Shown here piece by piece: positions 1 to 8,514 of a stretch of 61,448 nucleotides of DNA. The position numbers were made by a program, and so were the translations under genes. Under the pieces are notes generated by a model. The model made no database searches and was not told the origin of the DNA. It worked only from the letters and a program-made list of their open reading frames with translations. Each line of letters begins with the position of its first letter. The first letter of the stretch is position 1. The DNA lies in the IMG/VR virus record IMGVR_UViG_3300044454_000272, positions 1 through 61,448 of that record; one strand, given 5' to 3'. The stretch is from a virus (lineage: Duplodnaviria; Caudoviricetes).

Positions 1-1041
1 CTTCCGATCTATACGTCCCTTGTCCTTGCTACCGCGGCGGCACGCTTTCCGCCACCATTTCAACCCGCCGCACAGCATGCAGCGCCACTGGTTGACGTCG
101 TACTCGCGCCAGTCGTGCTTACCGGCGCGGTGGTGCTCTGCTTCACGCGCTGTTTTGTCGTGGCAGAAGTGGCCCCGTACGTCGTGCTCGCGCCGCCATA
201 CGCCGCCGGTGCCGTACGTCTTGGCAAACAGCGGCTTCGGGTCAAGGTGCAGCCGGATGACAGTGTGCTTCGTCAGCACACTCGGCTTGTTGTGGATCAT
301 AGCGCGGTGCACGCCGACTTCGTCTTGGATCGTTACTTCGCGCGTGCGGTTCAGGAACAGCAGCAGGGCGAGGATGTTGCGCAGGTCGCCCGCCGAACCT
401 AGCATCAGGTTCTCCATTTTGTTGTTCGCTTTTTCCCTGCCCCACAGCCATTCGAACGAGTGATTCGCGCGCAGTGCGTGGCTCAGCTTGGGTCCGCCTG
501 TGCGCTGCTGGTCGGACTCCACAACAGTATGCCACAGCCCGCCCCAGTACCGGTGATCCAAGTTGATAGGGCGTGTTTGCAACTCCTCGCACAGTGCGTG
601 CTCCTCCTCGAGCGTAAACGGCTGGTTGAGGCGGTACACGAAGGGGCTAATCATCGGCTTCATGTTGCTGGCCCTGCTCCCGCGCACGAGCACGTACACG
701 CGTGGACCGTCGACAAAGAAACCGAGGTCTTCATCTGCCGAGCCGTCGCGCGAAGTGGCCTGCACTGCCAAGCCTTCAATGACTTGTACGATGGAGAACT
801 CAATGTACATCGACGGGTACGGCGGAATAGCGAACTGTTGGTCGTGCGCGATTGCTAGTGGGTGAGCCCGCTGCATCTCCCCCGCATACCGGGACGCCGC
901 CGAGTCCAGCACGAACTTGGGCGCGTCGCGCAGCCGCTCACGGATAACAAGCTGCCGGCGTTTTGCCAACTGCTCGGTATCCATGAGCTTCGACGCCAAA
1001 AACTCGTCGACGACAAGCGGACGGCGCTTGATCGTGCTCAC
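1..1041 (-). CDS. Hypothetical phage early protein, >347 aa, runs off left edge (absent from ORF track)
   Basis: Hand translation: GTG at 1041 overlaps the TGA of 1038..1331; open to position 1 (MSTIKRRPLVDEF...REHDVRGHFCH...CMLCGGLKWWRKACRRGSKDKGRIDRK). Confidence 0.75.
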   Translation of the reverse strand, partial: MSTIKRRPLVVDEFLASKLMDTEQLAKRRQLVIRERLRDAPKFVLDSAASRYAGEMQRAHPLAIAHDQQFAIPPYPSMYIEFSIVQVIEGLAVQATSRDGSADEDLGFFVDGPRVYVLVRGSRASNMKPMISPFVYRLNQPFTLEEEHALCEELQTRPINLDHRYWGGLWHTVVESDQQRTGGPKLSHALRANHSFEWLWGREKANNKMENLMLGSAGDLRNILALLLFLNRTREVTIQDEVGVHRAMIHNKPSVLTKHTVIRLHLDPKPLFAKTYGTGGVWRREHDVRGHFCHDKTAREAEHHRAGKHDWREYDVNQWRCMLCGGLKWWRKACRRGSKDKGRIDRK

Positions 1042-1331
1042 GCCGCCCTCGCAACGCGCGCCACAACCCGCAAGCTCTCCACGACATCGCTGGAGTACAG
1101 GTGTGGGTACACCTCAACCGGCAGCAGCTTCTTCGCCGCTGTCGTGTCGAGGCAGACGCGTGAAGCAACGACGAGCGTAGCGCGGAACAGCACGCCCTCC
1201 GCACTCTGCACGCCTTGCGTGAGCAGTTCTTCCTTCACACGATCCGCCAACGCCTTTTCACGTTTGGCGAGTGCTGCTATTTGCGCTTTGACAATGCCCA
1301 GCTGGTCGATTGCTGAAAACTTTGTAGCCAT
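1038..1331 (-). CDS. Hypothetical early protein, 97 aa
   Basis: ATG with AGGAG RBS directly after repeat element E1. Confidence 0.75.
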   Translation of the reverse strand: MATKFSAIDQLGIVKAQIAALAKREKALADRVKEELLTQGVQSAEGVLFRATLVVASRVCLDTTAAKKLLPVEVYPHLYSSDVVESLRVVARVARAA

Positions 1332-1349
1332 AGCAGAACTCCTATAAAC

Positions 1350-1403
1350 GGGTGCAACGTTGCACCAGTGAGCGCCCCGGAGGACGCTCAGTGCTGCGCG
1401 CTG
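1350..1403 (-). repeat. Intergenic structured element E1
   Basis: ggtgcaacgttgcacc-agtgagcg..cgctca-gtgctgcgcgctg. Confidence 0.85.
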
Positions 1404-1406
1404 CTT

Positions 1407-1646
1407 TTACTGCTGCTGCTTCTCCGCGTACTTCTGGAACTCGTCGTCCATGCAGGCACGCTCGCGATTGATTACGTCGATGTCAGCTTGCGACAACTCG
1501 ATGCGGTATGACTCGCGGTCCTTGCTGTATACCACGACCGAGATGTGCGGGCGGTTGCCATCGTACACGTACCCACACGACTCCACGCGCGCGGCGGTAA
1601 CCCGGCGCATCACGAGCCCGCCTACTTTGTGGGTGAAGATGTTCAC
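1407..1646 (-). CDS. Hypothetical early protein, 79 aa
   Basis: GTG start overlapping upstream stop; fills the gap before E1. Confidence 0.65.
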   Translation of the reverse strand: MNIFTHKVGGLVMRRVTAARVESCGYVYDGNRPHISVVVYSKDRESYRIELSQADIDVINRERACMDDEFQKYAEKQQQ

Positions 1647-2143
1647 GGCACCACCTTCTGCTTCCGGTAGTCCTTATACATCTCCGAGTCGCCGCTCAAC
1701 ACCAGCTTCTCGGTCCACAGCGGACGAACGCTCCACAGGAAGGAGCGCCACCGCTCGTTAGTCCACGAGTGCATGCTGCGATCGCTGACGTCGGCAACAA
1801 TCAACCCCTCGCCGAAGTCCATGCCGGGAAGCATTACCGCGTGCGGCCCGGTAAACTTCTCCTCGAGCGTGAAGTTGACCGGAGCCGCGCTGTCGTACCG
1901 CAGCATGTCAACGGGGAACGAGCCGACTCCCGCTACGGTAGCGTAGTGGATGTACTTGAACGACTTGCCTACCGGGTGCGGCGACACCTGATCCACACGG
2001 ATCTCCTCCAACGTGCCGGGGAAACCGGGCACGCGGCGGACCATGATGGTATTGGTCGGCGTCGAGTAGCTCATCGTTTGCGCGATGTGCGAGTACCCGT
2101 CTTTCTGGACGTACACGAGCAGATACGGCTTCAGCTTCTGCAT
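1643..2143 (-). CDS. Hypothetical early protein (FPVDMLRYD motif), 166 aa
   Basis: RBS AAAGGAAAGG after E2. Confidence 0.75.
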   Translation of the reverse strand: MQKLKPYLLVYVQKDGYSHIAQTMSYSTPTNTIMVRRVPGFPGTLEEIRVDQVSPHPVGKSFKYIHYATVAGVGSFPVDMLRYDSAAPVNFTLEEKFTGPHAVMLPGMDFGEGLIVADVSDRSMHSWTNERWRSFLWSVRPLWTEKLVLSGDSEMYKDYRKQKVVP

Positions 2144-2160
2144 TGCCTTTCCTTTGGTTG

Positions 2161-2216
2161 TCAGTGCAACAGTGCACCAGTGAGCACACTCGAGAGCGTG
2201 CTCATGTGCTGCACGT
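2161..2216 (-). repeat. Intergenic structured element E2
   Basis: tcagtgcaacagtgcaccagtgagcacactcgagagcgtgctcatgtgctgc; 52 nt identical to E4. Confidence 0.9.
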
Positions 2217-2220
2217 GCAT

Positions 2221-2302
2221 CGCCAGCGAGTTGGTGATCTACGGCGCTGGTGGCTGGCAGCGCCAGCGAGTTGGTGATCTACGGCGCTGGTGGCTGGCAG
2301 CG
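2221..2302. repeat. Perfect 40-bp tandem duplication
   Basis: cgccagcgagttggtgatctacggcgctggtggctggcag x2. Confidence 0.95.
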
Positions 2303-2494
2303 TTACGGACTGGATGCGGGCTCGCGCACCGTCGACTCCGGGTACTCGGCCAGCATCGTCCTGGCTTGCTGCACAGCCATGAGCATGCGGTTGAACGAGT
2401 ACGTGCCCAGCGATACTTGCTGCTCTTTCAGCCAGCGCTGTCCCTCGATGCTGGCTAGTATTTCTAAAGCATTTGGGTCGCAGATATTTACCAT
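2303..2494 (-). CDS. Hypothetical early protein, 63 aa
   Basis: Start reassigned to ATG 2494 (MVNICDP) with AAGGAGGG RBS after E3. Confidence 0.65.
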   Translation of the reverse strand: MVNICDPNALEILASIEGQRWLKEQQVSLGTYSFNRMLMAVQQARTMLAEYPESTVREPASSP

Positions 2495-2506
2495 GCTTCC
2501 CTCCTT

Positions 2507-2563
2507 AGTGCAACAGTGCACCAGTGAGCGCTCCCGTGTGGAAGCGCTCATGTGCTGCGCTGT
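2507..2563 (-). repeat. Intergenic structured element E3
   Basis: agtgcaacagtgcaccagtgagcgct..agcgctcatgtgctgcgctg. Confidence 0.9.
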
Positions 2564-3021
2564 TACCAAGTGCTGTGTGCGTTCCACGCCGTGCGGCCTT
2601 CGTTGAGGCGGTCGCGCACTTGCATCAGGATGTGACCGAGGTTGTTGCGTCCGTAGCCGCCGCAGACGCCCCAGAACCGGTCATTCCACGTATTGCCTTC
2701 CACGAGGAAGTGTTCGCCTGTGGCGAGCAGTTTCTCCGCTAACACACCGTGGCGTAGAAACTTTTGCTCCACGAGTGTGTGCATTACGGTTACCTTGATC
2801 TGCTCCCAGTCCTCACGCAGCTTCACGCGCTGTCCCAACTGCTTGGCCAGACCGGGCGAGTCGGCGAGGCGGATCTGCTTCTGCTGCAATACGCCGCGCG
2901 TCTTCGCTGCTTGGTACGCGTGCTCGACAGTCGGGTAGTTCAACCCGTCCATCGTGATGACACACGCCCAGAAGTTGGAGAGCCAGCGGTTGTCCGGACA
3001 AAAATCGAAGTCGTCGATCAT
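2563..3021 (-). CDS. NADAR (YbiA-like) family protein
   Basis: LSNFW, YPTVEHAYQAAK, AKQLG, KF..H..LAEKLLATG, EGNTWNDRFWG, GRNNLGHILMQVR; start MIDDF at 3021 with GGAGG. Confidence 0.92.
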   Translation of the reverse strand: MIDDFDFCPDNRWLSNFWACVITMDGLNYPTVEHAYQAAKTRGVLQQKQIRLADSPGLAKQLGQRVKLREDWEQIKVTVMHTLVEQKFLRHGVLAEKLLATGEHFLVEGNTWNDRFWGVCGGYGRNNLGHILMQVRDRLNEGRTAWNAHSTW

Positions 3022-3022
3022 G

Positions 3023-3397
3023 TCAGTGCCTCCGCCGGGTTGCGCGGAAGGACTCGAGCGCCGCGGCGATGTTCTTGTCCAGCGAGAAGCAGGACGGCGC
3101 ACGGCTCAGGAACACGAGTCGCGGGCTAACGTCGTCCATCATGCTGTTGCCGTGCTGCGGCGTGCACGCGATTTCGTTGGATGCGACCGGGCGCGACGTG
3201 CCCTCGATGACGCGCTTCTGCACGAGCATCTCGATGAAGCCGCCATCGAAACCGACGACCATGCCTTCAAGATACTCCGAAGGAATGTGCGAGCCGAAGT
3301 CGTAGGAGCGGATCCGGTCGTACAGCCGCAGCTTCACAGGCTTGGTCTCCGGTACGAATTTCGGCACTGCGGGTGGTTGCTTGCGTTTCGTTGCCAT
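3023..3397 (-). CDS. Hypothetical early protein, 124 aa
   Basis: MATKRK start with GGGAG RBS after E4. Confidence 0.7.
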   Translation of the reverse strand: MATKRKQPPAVPKFVPETKPVKLRLYDRIRSYDFGSHIPSEYLEGMVVGFDGGFIEMLVQKRVIEGTSRPVASNEIACTPQHGNSMMDDVSPRLVFLSRAPSCFSLDKNIAAALESFRATRRRH

Positions 3398-3416
3398 TTG
3401 CTTCTCCCGTTTTGAT

Positions 3417-3474
3417 TCAGTGCAACAGTGCACCAGTGAGCACACTCGAGAGCGTGCTCATGTGCTGCGCTGTT
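3417..3474 (-). repeat. Intergenic structured element E4
   Basis: Same consensus; shares 52 nt with E2 and 45 nt with E7. Confidence 0.9.
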
Positions 3475-4385
3475 TATGCGGCTTCCTGCTCCGCTTCAGC
3501 AGCGGCGGGCTCCGGGTGAACGAAGTCCGCTGCCTTCTGCGCCAGTGCGGCAGCCTTGAAGATTGCCGTGTTGTCCTCCTTGAGCACCTTGATCCAGTGC
3601 CCGAGGTACTCGGCGTGGCGAAGCTGCCCGTCAACGCCGTGCGCTGCACACAGGAACGCGGAGCCCAACTCGGCGATCAACTCCTCGAACGCGTATTCCG
3701 GGCTGGCGAAAAACGTGCCGAGCTTGCGGTCGCAGCGGGAGGGCGCTGACGTCCAGTGCGTCAGTTCGTGGAACGCGGTGCTGTAGTACGCGCCGAGGTC
3801 GACGAACGACTTCTTCCGCGGCAGCATAATCAAGTCGCCCGCGGGCATGTAGAACGCCCGGTCGCCGCCGTGCTTGATCGTTGCCCCGGTTGCTGCAATC
3901 GTTGCCGCTGCGTCGGGGAACGTGTCGTCTTCAACTTCTTCCTGCTCGTCCGTGAGCTGACGCTTGCAGGGATCCTTCTCCCAGTCAGCTTGGGCGATGT
4001 TGAACACGCTGAAGTACCGCAGCAGCGGTACGACGCGCGTTGCACCCGGCTCAGCGCTTTCGCGCTTGTCTTCGACTTCCAGCTTGCCGAAGTAGACAAC
4101 TTCCGTTGCGCGCTCGCCCTTGCGGACTTGGCCGCCGCGCTCCTTGATTTGCTTGTACGTGGCCCACGCGCCGGTCTCGTACCCCTTCATCATTGCCGTG
4201 CCCATAAGTATCAGCACGTTGATGCCGTGGTAATCACGATTGCTCGCGACGTTGTGCGGCATCATGCGCCCGCGCTGTCCCGGAGTAGCCGGGGACGCCG
4301 ACCACGGACGCACCCACGGCGCCACGCCTGCCTCGAGTTGCTTGAGGATGGACGCGGTGACTTTTTCGTAGATCTGCTTGCTCAT
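3474..4385 (-). CDS. ardC: ArdC-like antirestriction protein (DUF1738 ssDNA-binding domain + zincin metallopeptidase domain)
   Basis: IYEKVT..I...LE.GV.PWVRPW, YHGIN, WATYKQ, GGQVRKGE, FSVFNIAQ, FHELTHWT, YAFEELIAELGSAFL. Confidence 0.92.
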   Translation of the reverse strand: MSKQIYEKVTASILKQLEAGVAPWVRPWSASPATPGQRGRMMPHNVASNRDYHGINVLILMGTAMMKGYETGAWATYKQIKERGGQVRKGERATEVVYFGKLEVEDKRESAEPGATRVVPLLRYFSVFNIAQADWEKDPCKRQLTDEQEEVEDDTFPDAAATIAATGATIKHGGDRAFYMPAGDLIMLPRKKSFVDLGAYYSTAFHELTHWTSAPSRCDRKLGTFFASPEYAFEELIAELGSAFLCAAHGVDGQLRHAEYLGHWIKVLKEDNTAIFKAAALAQKAADFVHPEPAAAEAEQEAA

Positions 4386-4406
4386 GCTATGCCCCTTTCA
4401 GGGTTG

Positions 4407-4464
4407 TCAGTGCAACAGTGCACCAGTGAACGCTCCCGAGGAAGCGTTCATGTGCTGCGCTGTT
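4407..4464 (-). repeat. Intergenic structured element E5
   Basis: Stem tgaacgct..agcgttca (compensatory G-C to A-U). Confidence 0.9.
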
Positions 4465-4655
4465 TAGTCGGCGGTGACGTCGACCGTTTCGTTGGCGTGG
4501 GCTTCGATCACCGACACGAGCTTGGCTGCTAGCTCGTCGGCGTCGCTTTCCGTCACGCAATGCAGCACGATATGGCCGCCGCTGTCGCCGTACAGATGCA
4601 GGTTGTACACCTTGGACAAGTCGGTCAGCGTTTCGGTTTTCTTGATAACGTTCAT
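4464..4655 (-). CDS. Hypothetical early protein, 63 aa
   Basis: Exactly fills the E6-E5 interval; GGAAGG RBS. Confidence 0.7.
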   Translation of the reverse strand: MNVIKKTETLTDLSKVYNLHLYGDSGGHIVLHCVTESDADELAAKLVSVIEAHANETVDVTAD

Positions 4656-4669
4656 GGCTTTCCTTCCGT

Positions 4670-4728
4670 TCAGTGCAACAGTGCACCAGTAAGCGCTCCG
4701 CGCGGACGAAGCGCTTAGTGCTGCATGC
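4670..4728 (-). repeat. Intergenic structured element E6
   Basis: Stem taagcgct..agcgctta. Confidence 0.9.
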
Positions 4729-5019
4729 TCAGCGCGGCGCCAGCGGCTCCGCGTCGAGGTTCATCTCCTGCACAACAACAGCAGCCATCAATTGCATGCC
4801 CAGTGGCGACAAGTGCATGAAGCTCGCCGAGTAGACAACGTTCTGCACGTAGTCCGCAGCGTCGTCGCCGGTGATGCCGGAACAGTGGTCTTTATTTTCG
4901 TCGTTGCGCGCGTTCATTATTGTTTGCTCCGCCACCTTTACCGCGCGCTCGGACGTCGTATACACGCCCACGACACCGGTAGCTGGATCGTCTTGCAACA
5001 CCACAGCGAAAAGCTTCAT
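4729..5019 (-). CDS. Hypothetical early protein, 96 aa
   Basis: MKLFAVV start overlapping upstream stop; GGAGGAAGG RBS. Confidence 0.7.
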   Translation of the reverse strand: MKLFAVVLQDDPATGVVGVYTTSERAVKVAEQTIMNARNDENKDHCSGITGDDAADYVQNVVYSASFMHLSPLGMQLMAAVVVQEMNLDAEPLAPR

Positions 5020-5264
5020 ACCTTCCTCCACTTGCTAACGCGCAGGCAGTCCATATACGACGCGAGATTTTGCAGGCCACCAATGCGGCGCTCCAACTCC
5101 TCGGCACCGGCGCTGCTGCTGCCGTCGTAATCGTTAGCCACGGCGTCGATGTCAGCTTGCAGGATTTCAACGTCCCCCGCGTTGGGTGTTAGCTCCGCTG
5201 CTTCGAGCATTTCCACCGCTCGCGTGTACTCTGGCCATGCGATCCATTTTGTTTGCCAAGCCAT
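5016..5264 (-). CDS. Hypothetical early protein, 82 aa
   Basis: MAWQTK start after E7. Confidence 0.7.
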   Translation of the reverse strand: MAWQTKWIAWPEYTRAVEMLEAAELTPNAGDVEILQADIDAVANDYDGSSSAGAEELERRIGGLQNLASYMDCLRVSKWRKV

Positions 5265-5283
5265 TTGCTTCTCCCGTTTTGAT

Positions 5284-5339
5284 TCAGTGCAACAGTGCAC
5301 CAGTAAGCGCTCCGGAGAGCGCTTAGTGCTGCGTGCTGC
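5284..5339 (-). repeat. Intergenic structured element E7
   Basis: Stem taagcgctc-cgga-gagcgctta. Confidence 0.9.
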
Positions 5340-6049
5340 TAGCGCGGGATACGGACAATAATGCCGCCGGTCATGTACGGGTTGATGCGGTTGTTCGGCG
5401 TTGTCTTAACCGTCCAGCCGTTCAGTGCGGCGTGCGCCTTCAACTTCTCCATCAGCGCTTTGTCCGAACTGCGTGCCCGGTAACACTTCACCGTCCAGCA
5501 CTTGTCATAAGTGTTGGTGATGACCGGGTCCTTACCCGCGTCGGACATCAGGCGCCGCACGACTTGCGTGGGCCGGAGCGGTGCAGCGGGTTCCGCCGGC
5601 GGCGCGGGCGTGGCTGGCGCAGCGGCAACGGGCTGCGCGAGCAGCTTGCCCGCAGCTTCCAGTATTGTGTTGCGGTGGTCCTCGTGGTCGGCGTCGAGCA
5701 TTTGGTCGATGAACTCCTCGTCCGGGCCCGCGGCGCCTGGTTCTTCGAAGGACCACATCGCGAGGGCAGCTCTGACGTAGTTGGCTGCCAACGTTTCCAG
5801 CGCGTCCTGCTCCGTGATGTCGCCCCGGATCAACACGACCGGCGGCTCGAGCGCGCCCGCGTAAGCAGCAAAGTCATCGAACAGTTCTTGCGGCGTAAAC
5901 TGATAAACTTGGCTCCACAGATTGCGTCCGTCCTGATGCTCGAATTCGCTCACGTACTCGTCCACGAGCGCGGGATGCGTCGGGTAACGATGCTTGAGCA
6001 TGAGCACCATGACGGTCAAAACGGCGGGATGATTAAGTCCTAGCCTCAT
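5339..6049 (-). CDS. Hypothetical early protein, 236 aa, Pro/Ala linker between domains
   Basis: GGAG RBS after E8. Confidence 0.75.
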   Translation of the reverse strand: MRLGLNHPAVLTVMVLMLKHRYPTHPALVDEYVSEFEHQDGRNLWSQVYQFTPQELFDDFAAYAGALEPPVVLIRGDITEQDALETLAANYVRAALAMWSFEEPGAAGPDEEFIDQMLDADHEDHRNTILEAAGKLLAQPVAAAPATPAPPAEPAAPLRPTQVVRRLMSDAGKDPVITNTYDKCWTVKCYRARSSDKALMEKLKAHAALNGWTVKTTPNNRINPYMTGGIIVRIPR

Positions 6050-6065
6050 GTTTGTTCTCCGTAAC

Positions 6066-6125
6066 GGTGCAACGCTGCACCCTACTGCCGCAACGCCCAG
6101 GGCGCGCGGCAGTAGGCTGAACGCT
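6066..6125 (-). repeat. Divergent structured element E8
   Basis: ggtgcaacgctgcacc + stem cctactgccgc..gcggcagtagg. Confidence 0.75.
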
Positions 6126-6357
6126 ACGACAGTTTGATTTCGATCTCACCGCTGCGCACCCGTTGGAATTGCGTGTTGGCGGTGTGGCGGTTGATCTTAA
6201 GGCTGTCGGCGATCGACAGCACGTCGCCGCGCTTCAGCGACTTGTAACGCTGCGCGACGGCGCGGATCGTGTCACAGGGACCGTACTCGCGGTACGTCTT
6301 CGCGGCAAACGCCTTGGCGCTGCTAACGGTCTTGGAGGCGGAAGTGTGCGTCTTCAT
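6124..6357 (-). CDS. Small basic protein with 'IN..T..TQ' helical (HTH-like) domain
   Basis: TIRAVAQRYKSLKRGDVLSIADSLKINRHTANTQFQRVR; AAAGGA RBS. Confidence 0.7.
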   Translation of the reverse strand: MKTHTSASKTVSSAKAFAAKTYREYGPCDTIRAVAQRYKSLKRGDVLSIADSLKINRHTANTQFQRVRSGEIEIKLS

Positions 6358-6387
6358 GGTGGTTTCCTTTCAGTGAAGTTACGTTAT

Positions 6388-6444
6388 GGTGCGAGAGTGC
6401 GCACCCAACAACGCTCCCGAAGAAGCGTTGTTAGCTAACACTCT
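6388..6444 (-). repeat. Divergent structured element E9
   Basis: ggtgcg-agagtg-cgcacc + aacaacgct..agcgttgtt, cUUCGg loop on minus strand. Confidence 0.75.
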
Positions 6445-6507
6445 ACGGGCAACGTACCCGTGCCCGTCTGTTCGGTCCAACACGTACCGGTAAAATTTGC
6501 TGATACG

Positions 6508-6849
6508 TCATTGCTCCCAACGCTCGAGCGCAACGTCGTCCGCCTGCCCGTACTGGATATAGGCGTCGGATCCGTACGCGGGCCGCGCCGGTTGCCAGTC
6601 ACCGAAGCGCACCGGCAACCATCCGCGACTCGCGCGGACGTTCAGCGCGTCCGCAAGGCGCTCGGCGTGCAGCTTGTTGTCGCACGCTAGCGTGCAGCGG
6701 TCGCCCTGCTCGTTCTCGGCAACAACGTACCACGCTTCGCCGAAAACGTCGCCGCGCGGGTTGCTGATGTCCGCCATCTCCGGGTTCGTCCCGACGACAA
6801 CGAGATCCGACGCAGCGAAGAACGTGGTTGTAGAAGCTTGAAAGCTCAT
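6508..6849 (-). CDS. Hypothetical early protein, 113 aa
   Basis: MSFQAS start with AAGGAG; NPEMAD..NPRG and RPAYGSDAY motifs. Confidence 0.75.
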   Translation of the reverse strand: MSFQASTTTFFAASDLVVVGTNPEMADISNPRGDVFGEAWYVVAENEQGDRCTLACDNKLHAERLADALNVRASRGWLPVRFGDWQPARPAYGSDAYIQYGQADDVALERWEQ

Positions 6850-6865
6850 GCTCGCTCCTTGTAAC

Positions 6866-6923
6866 GGGTGCGGGAGTGCACCGCAATGCGCTCCGCCGAA
6901 GCGAAGCGCATGCCGCTGCAATC
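6866..6923 (-). repeat. Divergent structured element E10
   Basis: ggtgcgggagtgcacc + atgcgct..agcgcat, cUUCGg loop on minus strand. Confidence 0.75.
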
Positions 6924-7731
6924 ACGTGCTGCTGTGCGCGATTCCGTACTGCGTGCTAGCAGTGGAGCGGTTAATGTTCACCGCTGCTGCAACTTCGATG
7001 ATGTCATCCCGCGTGAACGTCGGAAACTTATGCACTGTACTGCGCACTGCTTCGCAAACGCCGTGCTCTTCACGCTGCTGCTCGCAATACTTCACCGCGG
7101 CCTTCTTCTGTGCCTCGGTCGCCGTACTGGCAACCTTCGGTGCACGCGGCGCACGGGGCTTGGGCTGCTTGGGCGCGGCGGGCGTGCTGTCGGACTGCTC
7201 GCCGGCGGGTTTGGGCGCCGTGCCGCCCTTCTTCGCACGCGGCTTGCGCGCTCCTGCGCCCGCCGGGACGAGCGCAGACGTAGCTTGCTGCTCCTTCCAG
7301 CGCGGCAACCGTTGCGCCAACTCGAGCGGGATCATAGTGTCGGTCAGGAAGCATTGTTCTTGCGTGCCGTCCTTGCTGCCCTTCTTGGCGCGCAGCCACA
7401 CACCGTTCAGCGCAACGACTTCCCAGCGGTCGTCGACGTCGGCGAAGTAGCAAACCGTGTCGCCGACTTTGACTTCGTGCATGAGCTTACGTGCCAACGC
7501 GGGCGTCGGCGGTTCAGCTTGCTGCTTTTCGTGCGCGATCACTTGCGCATCCTTCGGCGCTTCCGGCTTCGTTGCTGCCGGCGGCGGTTCAACGGGTGCA
7601 GCGGGCTTCGGCGCAGGCGCTTCCACCGGCTTCTTCGGTGCTGCCTTTTTCTTCGGTGCCGCGGGTGCTGCCTTTTCCTTCTTCGGCGGCGGCCGGAATT
7701 TCGCTTGCTTTGCCGTTTGCTTCTTCGCCAT
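6922..7731 (-). CDS. Lys/Ala/Pro-rich (histone H1-like) protein with C-terminal 'IN..T..TQ' domain
   Basis: MAKKQT start with GGAG; PKKKAAPKK repeats; C-term RDDIIEVAAAVNINRSTASTQY. Confidence 0.8.
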   Translation of the reverse strand: MAKKQTAKQAKFRPPPKKEKAAPAAPKKKAAPKKPVEAPAPKPAAPVEPPPAATKPEAPKDAQVIAHEKQQAEPPTPALARKLMHEVKVGDTVCYFADVDDRWEVVALNGVWLRAKKGSKDGTQEQCFLTDTMIPLELAQRLPRWKEQQATSALVPAGAGARKPRAKKGGTAPKPAGEQSDSTPAAPKQPKPRAPRAPKVASTATEAQKKAAVKYCEQQREEHGVCEAVRSTVHKFPTFTRDDIIEVAAAVNINRSTASTQYGIAHSST

Positions 7732-7752
7732 TGTTACTCCTGTCATGGTGTG

Positions 7753-7808
7753 TCAGTGCAACAGTGCACCAGTGAGCGCTCCGTGAAGCGCTCATGTGCT
7801 GCGCTGTT
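7753..7808 (-). repeat. Intergenic structured element E11
   Basis: Consensus copy, tgagcgct..agcgctca. Confidence 0.9.
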
Positions 7809-7991
7809 TTACAAGCGTACTGCGCTCTTCAGCAAGCGCCAATCAGTGGAGATGCGAACATTCCATTGTGACTCGCCGCACGTTACGAACGCGAACTTGA
7901 GCCCACGCTCAATGAGGTAGTTCTTGACGTCGGCCCATTCGCAGCACTCGACAGCCAGCGTCTGGTTCACGAACACCTTGTAAAAGTTCAT
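7809..7991 (-). CDS. Hypothetical early protein, 60 aa
   Basis: MNFYKV start, AGGAG RBS, ATGA overlap. Confidence 0.6.
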   Translation of the reverse strand: MNFYKVFVNQTLAVECCEWADVKNYLIERGLKFAFVTCGESQWNVRISTDWRLLKSAVRL

Positions 7992-8203
7992 TGCGGGCTC
8001 CTGCGGCAGTGCGCGTACGAACCGACGACAGTGGACAGCGCGTAACCGCCGCGCGGTATCTCGTCCACAGCGTCGAGGCAGTCGGCGAGCCCGCTTTGCA
8101 TGACGTCGGGCTCGCCGGTCCGGGAACGATCGAGGTTGCATGAAGCGATTGCAGCACGTTGATAGTACGGCGCGACGCGGGAGAGTTCAGGGCGTTGGTG
8201 CAT
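7988..8203 (-). CDS. Hypothetical early protein, 71 aa
   Basis: MHQRPE start with AAGGAG after E12. Confidence 0.6.
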   Translation of the reverse strand: MHQRPELSRVAPYYQRAAIASCNLDRSRTGEPDVMQSGLADCLDAVDEIPRGGYALSTVVGSYAHCRRSPQ

Positions 8204-8222
8204 TTGTTTCTCCTTACTGTGG

Positions 8223-8311
8223 CAGTGCAACAGTGCACTAGCCAACGCTCTCACAAACCCGTATAGGTTGCAGTCCATGTGGACCCGGAGAGCGTTGGGT
8301 GCTGCGCTGTT
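8223..8311 (-). repeat. Structured element E12 with enlarged loop
   Basis: cagtgcaacagtgcac + stem ccaacgctctc..(~35 nt)..gagagcgttgg + gtgctgcgctg. Confidence 0.85.
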
Positions 8312-8512
8312 TTACTTCGTGTGGTCAGTAATCGGAACGTGGAAACGTTCGCTCCACTGCTCAGCCAGCACTTCAGCTGCGCGGTGGGAGTCGACGTCGT
8401 GTCGTTGCAGCCGGACGAACCCGGCTGCGTCGGATACATACACCGAGTAACGCAAACGTCCACCCGGCTCGCTCATGTTCTTCACTTCCACCTTGGTGAT
8501 CGACGCAGGCAT
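8312..8512 (-). CDS. Hypothetical early protein, 66 aa
   Basis: GGAG RBS; ends at E12. Confidence 0.65.
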   Translation of the reverse strand: MPASITKVEVKNMSEPGGRLRYSVYVSDAAGFVRLQRHDVDSHRAAEVLAEQWSERFHVPITDHTK

Positions 8513-8514
8513 TT

